Assembly: GCA_002352645.1 (NCBI GenBank)
Contig: DEIU01000039.1
Coordinates: forward strand, 67,656 to 131,655
Direction: 5' to 3'
Length of the DNA: 64,000 nucleotides
Source: Acidimicrobiia bacterium UBA2766
GTDB taxonomy: Bacteria; Actinomycetota; Acidimicrobiia; UBA2766
The first letter of the stretch is position 1, and each line of letters begins with the position of its first letter. The notes beneath the pieces are model-generated. The model was not told the origin of the DNA and did no database searches. It saw only the letters and a program-made list of their open reading frames with translations. The position numbers and the translations under genes were made by a program. Of the stretch, positions 58,409 to 64,000 are shown piece by piece.

Positions 58409-58613
58409 ATATGAGGGGTGATAAAATATTTTGTAAGGACAACCTAAATCTTACTATAAGTGACGGAAGAGAGTGGGGGAAGTTCCCTTCGCGTTGTTTG
58501 CACTATTTGTTGATCTTTTTTGCTCCCTTGGACATTGCTCTTGCGAACGGGTTTCCTGGTTCCAGGCTTTGGGGGTATCCTCGGCACCATAGTGGGCTTT
58601 TTCTCTTCTTCTG

Positions 58614-58949
58614 TTGCCGAGCCCCATCTGGAGGTGCCCCGTGGGCCAAATCATCAATGCGAAGTTGCTTGAGGGGCCCGAACCCAGTGTCCGGCATTTT
58701 GAACTGGACCGCGGGATCACTGGAATGGGAACGTGTGAGTATTTTTCTTTGGCGGATGCTTCGGGCGATCTTCCCGCCGATTTACTTGCGCGCCGTCTTT
58801 TCGAGATTTCTGGTGTCGTCAGCGTCTTCATCTACGGGAATGTAGTGTCCATTCACAGTCTCCCCGGAACAGACTGGCAAAAATTGCTTCCGCCAATTGT
58901 CGACGTCATCCGCAATCTTTTTATTCACTATGAAGTGAATCGTGTGTGA
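58614..58949 (+). CDS. standalone Nfu_N domain protein (paralog 2)
   Basis: ADLLARRLFEISGVVSVFIYGNVVSIHSLPGTDWQKLLPPIVDVIRNLF matches the Nfu_N pattern. 111 aa. Confidence 0.7.
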   Translation: MPSPIWRCPVGQIINAKLLEGPEPSVRHFELDRGITGMGTCEYFSLADASGDLPADLLARRLFEISGVVSVFIYGNVVSIHSLPGTDWQKLLPPIVDVIRNLFIHYEVNRV

Positions 58950-59094
58950 TATGGCTCATTCTTCATTTTGAAGACAAGTGCCCGGAGTTTTCCCGTGGCA
59001 CCTTGCGGTTGGTCACGAAGGCACCCCGGCGTATACGGTCGGAGGGAGGAGAGATGTCAGCGGGATCGTTGCTGACAGCGAGGGGACAGAGAAA

Positions 59095-60105
59095 ATGAAG
59101 ATTGATACCGGCCTTGGTATGGGGAGCCTTGACCGAGTGGGTGAACATGCTCGCCGGGCAGAAGAACTCGGCTTTGCCACCCTGTGGAGTGTGGAGGCAC
59201 AAGGCACGCCCTTTCTGCCGCTTGCAATTGCAGCAGTAGAAACCGAGCGTATTGAGCTCGGAACAGGGATTGCCGTGGCTTTTGCCCGTTCTCCCATGGT
59301 GCATGCCATGACCGCCTGGGACTTGCACAAAGCCTCAAAAGGGAGATTCATCCTGGGGCTGGGCACGCAGGTGAAAAAGCATGTGGAGCGGCGTTTTTCT
59401 GCCGAGTTTTCTCCCCCTGGGCCACGCATGCGCGACATGCTTCTTGCCATCAGGCATATCTGGGATGCTTTTGATGGCAAACACAAGCTTTCCTATAAGG
59501 GGAAGTATTACACGCACGACTACTCCAACCCCTTCTTCACGCCTGGACCTACCGGATACGGGCAACCCAAACTGATGATCGCAGCGGTCGGTCCCTATAT
59601 GTGCCGTCTTGCAGGGGAAGTATGCGACGGTATGGAAGTTCACCCTTTTCATACAGCCAAATACTTTGACGAAGTTATTTTGCCGAACGTGCAAATAGGC
59701 CTTGCCAAAGCTGGACGCTCCCTCGACGACTTCGAGTTCACCACCTCAGCCTTTGCGTTGGTTGGGACAGGAGAACAACAAGAAAAACTCGCCGGTCTTG
59801 CCCGTCAACAAATTGCCTTTTACGGTTCGACCCCCGCATATAAAGGCGTTTTCGAGATTGAAGGCTGGGATGACCTGCAGCCGCAACTTGCGAACATGGT
59901 GCGCAAAAACGAGTGGGGCAACATGAACAACCTCATCAGCGATGAGGTAATGGAGAAGTTCACGGTGCGGGCCGACTTTGCCGATTTGCCGAATGCCATC
60001 AATGAACGTTTCGGCAGCCGTGCGCAGCGAGTCGGTTTTTACACTCCCGTCATTGGTTCCGGTCTCGAGGAACAATACGCCAAAGTTGTGAAAGCATTGG
60101 CGTAA
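59095..60105 (+). CDS. LLM-class F420/flavin-dependent oxidoreductase (paralog 3)
   Basis: MKIDTGLGMGSL..., TLWSVEAQGTPFLP, GRFILGLGTQV. ATG preceded by a GAGGGGA RBS; the track ORF begins at 58978. Confidence 0.85.
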   Translation: MKIDTGLGMGSLDRVGEHARRAEELGFATLWSVEAQGTPFLPLAIAAVETERIELGTGIAVAFARSPMVHAMTAWDLHKASKGRFILGLGTQVKKHVERRFSAEFSPPGPRMRDMLLAIRHIWDAFDGKHKLSYKGKYYTHDYSNPFFTPGPTGYGQPKLMIAAVGPYMCRLAGEVCDGMEVHPFHTAKYFDEVILPNVQIGLAKAGRSLDDFEFTTSAFALVGTGEQQEKLAGLARQQIAFYGSTPAYKGVFEIEGWDDLQPQLANMVRKNEWGNMNNLISDEVMEKFTVRADFADLPNAINERFGSRAQRVGFYTPVIGSGLEEQYAKVVKALA

Positions 60106-60607
60106 GGCTGCAATTGTTTTGCTCGGTCCGGCACTTCCGCCGGATCAAGTAAAACTCTGCTCGATATCGTGCCGGCACGTGAGGGAATACGGACTCGCGG
60201 GAGTGTGGAAAAAAGCATGCGGGGGGGTATCAAGGAGCATGACCGCGGCGTGTCTCTGGTTTTTTTATCGGTGTTTGTTTTTCTTTCTTTTCGCGAGTAC
60301 GGGTGCGAGAATGAAGAAGATCTGCCGCGAAACTCCAGGAAAAAGGGGATTTTTTTGGGCTTCTCCTGTGCTTCATCCCCATATGTCATAGAGGTTCTGT
60401 GAGCAAGCTGAAAAATGAGCACGAGGATGATTGTTTCTTTGTCGTAAGCCAGTAAACTCCCGATTCGTGCATCCTCAAGTAGCGCAAAGCGCATTCCCGA
60501 GTGTTTCTGAACTGGTTCGTAGCGGTGTTGTGGACATTGCTGACGGCCATTTTTCTTTCGCCTCAGAGGAGTCTGGCGAGCCCACTTCGGACACCGTTGT
60601 TCCTGAG

Positions 60608-61405
60608 ATGGAATATCACGCTGTTGAAGTCGGGGCTGGCCGGTCTATTGTCCTCTTTCATGACCTTTTCTCCTCACAAAAAGGGTTTGATCCTATTTGT
60701 GAGTCACTTTCTGATGACTGGCGTTGTATGGCGCTCGATCTCCCGGGACACGGGGCGAGCTCTCCTTTGCCTCCTGATCGTGAGACCACTGATCTTCTTA
60801 GTTTTGTCGAAGAACTTGTTGACGTGCTCACGGAGTTTGCGGTGCTTCCTGCAGCTCTGGTTGGTCACGGGACCGGCGGCTTGCTGGCAGCCCTTATTGG
60901 TCTAACCCGTCCTGAACTGGTGAGTAGCCTCGTTCTTGTTTCATGTGATCTGCGGGGCGGAGTGGTCTCCACTCCCACGGACAAGTTCCTCACCCGCATG
61001 CAGCGCGATGATGAAGAAGCCATCGAAGATTTTTTCCCTCTTCGCTACAGCGAGAATTTTTTTCTTCACCACCCCGGCCAAACAGAGACAGAACGAGACG
61101 ATTTTTCGAGTTTTGATTTTGCGGCTGTCAGCGGTTTTGCTGCCATTCTCGCCGAATGCCCAGATCTCACAAAGCGCCTCAGCACCCTCACAATGCCGCT
61201 CCTTCTCGTGACAGGCGCGAAAGACCGGATCGTTCCACCACGCGTGGTACGGCGAGCGATGACTGAAGCCGCCAAGGCAGACGCCGAGGGCAATATTTCC
61301 TACAAAATCCTTCCAGATGCCGGTCACATGCTGCCTATTGAGCAGCCTGGCTTGCTTACCGAACTGATTGACGAACACCTTTTAACAGGAAACTGGCGTG
61401 AATGA
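60608..61405 (+). CDS. alpha/beta-fold hydrolase
   Basis: VLFHDLFSS..., nucleophile elbow GHGTGG, C-terminal His (DAGHMLPIEQP). Start chosen at MEYHAVEVG; the track ORF begins at 60431. Confidence 0.75.
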   Translation: MEYHAVEVGAGRSIVLFHDLFSSQKGFDPICESLSDDWRCMALDLPGHGASSPLPPDRETTDLLSFVEELVDVLTEFAVLPAALVGHGTGGLLAALIGLTRPELVSSLVLVSCDLRGGVVSTPTDKFLTRMQRDDEEAIEDFFPLRYSENFFLHHPGQTETERDDFSSFDFAAVSGFAAILAECPDLTKRLSTLTMPLLLVTGAKDRIVPPRVVRRAMTEAAKADAEGNISYKILPDAGHMLPIEQPGLLTELIDEHLLTGNWRE

Positions 61406-62474
61406 GAAGAAGGACCGGACTGCAGTCCTCCTTCTCAATCACGGAGCGGCCGATTCCCAGCCGGGAGTCCGTGTCTTCTTGGACAATATTTTCCAAGACA
61501 TCGATATCATTCGACTTCCAGGTGGGACGCGTTTTCAGGGTCCTTTCGCTCGTCTTCTCTCCAAATACCGCGCACCACGAGTCGAACGTTTATACGAATA
61601 CATGGGAGGCGGGTCGCCTCTTCTCTCGTATATGCGTGCCCAGGCGGATGCTCTCCGTGTGCGTCTCAACCAGCCTGACGGACAATTTGTTGGCGAAGTT
61701 GGCGAAGTTGGGGCAGATGGGAGGGGAGAGGAGATCGAGGTTTTTCTCGGTTTGCGATACTACTCTCCCAGCATTGCCGACGGCCTTGGCGAAGCAGTAA
61801 AACGAAAAGTACGCCGGGTCGTCGTGTTCCCCCAATATCCGCAACACTCTGTCACCACAGTTGATTCGGTCCTCAGGCAACTCGCACGTGCAGTGGCGCA
61901 AACGCCAGGAGCAGACCAACTTGCTCTCTCCATTGTCCCAGCTTTTGGCGCAGAACCGGCATACGTCGATCTCATGGCAGCAAAAGTGCGGGAGGCGATT
62001 GCACGTGCCCCCACTTCTGCCCGCCTACTGTTTACCGCCCATTCCGTGCCCATGAAGTTTGTCGACGAAGGCGATGTCTACCCGGAAACCTGCCAGGAAC
62101 AAGCCGCCCTGATCGCGGCAAAAGCCGGAGTCAACCAGTTCGACCTGGCCTACCAGAGCCGCTCCGGCCCGGTAGAATGGCTTGGACCTGACCTACCTGC
62201 ACACGTGGAAAAACTTCTTGCCACAGGAGAAAAACACTTTGTGCTCGTTCCCTTGTCATTTGTGCAAGACCACCTCGAGACACTGGTAGAACTCGACGTG
62301 CAGCTTGCCGCCGGGATCCTCCGCGCCGGAGGATCCCTGACACGCGTGCGGACAGCAAACAACGCCCCAGAGTTCGCCGACCTCTGCGCCACCCTCGTCC
62401 GCCGCGAACTCGCCCAGCCCCTTTCCGGCACTTCTGGCACTGCCCAGATTTTTGGCAACCTGCAAGTAGAGTGA
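61398..62474 (+). CDS. hemH: ferrochelatase (likely the coproporphyrin ferrochelatase CpfC type)
   Basis: TAVLLLNHGAADS, LGLRYYSPSIAD, VVFPQYPQHSVTT, FTAHSVPM, VPLSFVQDHLETL. Overlaps the 3' end of the hydrolase gene by 8 nt. Confidence 0.9.
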   Translation: MNEKKDRTAVLLLNHGAADSQPGVRVFLDNIFQDIDIIRLPGGTRFQGPFARLLSKYRAPRVERLYEYMGGGSPLLSYMRAQADALRVRLNQPDGQFVGEVGEVGADGRGEEIEVFLGLRYYSPSIADGLGEAVKRKVRRVVVFPQYPQHSVTTVDSVLRQLARAVAQTPGADQLALSIVPAFGAEPAYVDLMAAKVREAIARAPTSARLLFTAHSVPMKFVDEGDVYPETCQEQAALIAAKAGVNQFDLAYQSRSGPVEWLGPDLPAHVEKLLATGEKHFVLVPLSFVQDHLETLVELDVQLAAGILRAGGSLTRVRTANNAPEFADLCATLVRRELAQPLSGTSGTAQIFGNLQVE

Positions 62475-62815
62475 AACTGCAGCCTTGCCCTCATGCTATT
62501 TTCCCGTTTTCGGCAATGCCGAGCTTGGCAAAATGGAGAACATCCTTCGAGGGCAGATATGAAAAACTTGAAAGTCTGCAAAAAATCACAACAAAAGGAA
62601 AAAGCAGGGTGTGAAAGAGGATGCCGAGGAAAAACCAGCCTCCTTCATTCTTCTCCCCATTCCAGACCATTCCCCAGAAACCCGAGACACAGCATGACCA
62701 AAATCATTCTCAGCACAAGGCTCTGACCTGCACCCCTGCATTACCGCAACCTCTCTGTGAAAATGCCCCGAAACACAGTCAAAAAACCACCCCTGAACTG
62801 CAACTTTACATTGTG

Positions 62816-62909
62816 GTTTCATCATCCCTGCAAGGGGTCGCAACGTCCAGGGCTGGACAAGGCACAGGATTGACAGTGCGGTCTCATCATCCCTGTAAGG
62901 GGTCACAAC
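62816..62909 (+). repeat. CRISPR-like unit: two 29-nt direct repeats (26/29 identical) separated by a 36-nt spacer
   Basis: R1 GTTTCATCATCCCTGCAAGGGGTCGCAAC (62816-62844). Spacer gtccagggctggacaaggcacaggattgacagtgcg. R2 GTCTCATCATCCCTGTAAGGGGTCACAAC (62881-62909). No cas genes in the window. Confidence 0.3.
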
Positions 62910-63108
62910 TATAAATGTTCAAGAGACAAACGTTGGTAGCTCATTTGCCTTCCATTCGCGTGTCTCAACAGCTCCAAACCCCAACCTCCCGCCGAACACT
63001 CCCACTCAAACACGCCTCAGAGCACACAGTCGTTTTCTCTCTCAATGGCCGCGGGCGGTTCTGTCGCCCACGGCACACAAAAAGAAGAACAGACTGTACG
63101 CTACGTGA

Positions 63109-64000
63109 CTATGCGGCACCCTGACGGGCAGTCACGACCTCGCGCCAACGGCGCATTGCTTCGTCCGGGCCATCCAACCACTGCGTCTCGCGCGCACGAC
63201 GAGACTGGTCTGTACTGCTCATGCCTGACCAGACGGCAAGAATGTCGTTTTGGAATTGGTCGGTACCGAGCATGCGCGTAGTGGAAGTGACTGTCTTGCA
63301 GGCTTGGTGTAAGATGTCTGAGTTTCCTGTGATTACGGCTTGGAATGCTTGTACCGTTCCGATGGGGATCTGTCCGATCTGTCCACCTAAAAGCTGATCT
63401 AGTTCGGTCGCTTTTTGAATATGGTCTTGCACCGTTGCCTCAGCCTGAGTTCCTGTATCCGCAATAGCGAGCGCGAGCCAGGCGCGGAGTTCGTCGACTT
63501 TATTGTTTTGCTTTCTTGCTCTTTCGATCGCGTCCAATGCGAGACGATGGCCTTCTTGTGGACGAGTCCAGGCAAGGGTCTCGGCAAGGTTCATGATTGC
63601 CCTGTCTTCCAGGCCATCAGCTCTGGCTTGTCGAGCCAGATCCCGCGCTTGCATGTATTCTGTCTCGGCTTCCGCGAAACGTGCATTCTTGCGGTGGATA
63701 TTGCCGCGCAGAAGATGTTTACGGATAGCAAGGAAACCATTGTCTCCTATAGCCGCAGAGGCACTGAGCGCATCCCTGAAATGGCTTTTCGCCGTGACCG
63801 TAAGCTCAGTCCGCCAGTATTCGGCTTGTTCAGCCCAGAGGCCACCTTCTACAGCTATACTGTCAAATTCTGCTGCAGCGACATTGTAAAGACTGCCGTA
63901 CATGAGAGCGTAGGCTTTTTGAAAACGAAAGAAGTCGTGAGCTGACGAAGGAGAGGGGAGAAGGGGAGAGCGCAGTGCCTCTGCGAGGTCTGCTGTCGCC
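63109..64000 (-). CDS. hypothetical helical-repeat (TPR-like) protein, probably truncated at the window edge
   Basis: The minus-strand reading frame stays open from 63903 to the window end, so the N-terminus is likely outside the window. Ala/Leu/Arg/Glu-rich helical repeats; no catalytic motif recognised. Confidence 0.5.
   Translation of the reverse strand, partial: ATADLAEALRSPLLPSPSSAHDFFRFQKAYALMYGSLYNVAAAEFDSIAVEGGLWAEQAEYWRTELTVTAKSHFRDALSASAAIGDNGFLAIRKHLLRGNIHRKNARFAEAETEYMQARDLARQARADGLEDRAIMNLAETLAWTRPQEGHRLALDAIERARKQNNKVDELRAWLALAIADTGTQAEATVQDHIQKATELDQLLGGQIGQIPIGTVQAFQAVITGNSDILHQACKTVTSTTRMLGTDQFQNDILAVWSGMSSTDQSRRARETQWLDGPDEAMRRWREVVTARQGAA

Overview
This 64 kb window looks like chromosomal DNA from a moderately high-GC (about 55-58%) bacterium. 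I found no integrase, transposase, phage genes or cas genes.

The backbone is a branched-chain amino-acid biosynthesis region: ilvB-ilvN, then after an 11.6 kb insertion ilvC-serA, and further on leuA (short form), leuB, ilvE and a citramalate-synthase-like cimA. These are followed by tRNA-Gln(CTG) and tRNA-Glu(CTC), hupB (an HU protein with a Lys/Ala-rich tail), a cofC (fbiD)-LmbE operon, and plsC-gpsA.

Gene order and content resemble the actinobacterial (Mycobacterium-like) ilvBNC-serA-leuB...glnU/gluT...hupB...fbiD-gpsA neighbourhood, recalled from memory. F420 is supported only by CofC; the three luciferase-like (LLM) oxidoreductases are F420- or FMN-dependent and only consistent with it. 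Heme (ferrochelatase) and B12 lower-ligand (BluB) functions are also present. Several enzymes do not fit that picture: IlvE is the short E. coli type, LeuA is the short form, and a CimA is present. I cannot assign a taxon with confidence.

Other notable genes: a 1162-aa protein with an N-terminal J domain, a disordered region, one TM helix and an Asp-box beta-propeller; a tandem CheC/CheX-like protein co-oriented with a SAM methyltransferase; a GH38 alpha-mannosidase; two standalone Nfu_N proteins; an ABC permease and ATPase pair with no substrate-binding protein.

Non-coding candidates: a Leu-rich leader-peptide attenuator upstream of leuA, switch-like hairpins upstream of cimA, a 1.2 kb AT-rich gene-less island carrying a strong terminator hairpin, a two-repeat CRISPR-like unit near the 3' end, and several tandem or inverted repeats.

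I found no defence system or mobile element that I can support. The strongest candidates for undescribed biology are the J-domain beta-propeller protein, the CheX-like/methyltransferase pair, the AT-rich island and the CRISPR-like unit.

Coordinates are taken from the ORF track. At a few line boundaries the printed sequence and the track disagreed by one base, so treat starts as +/-1 to 3 nt.
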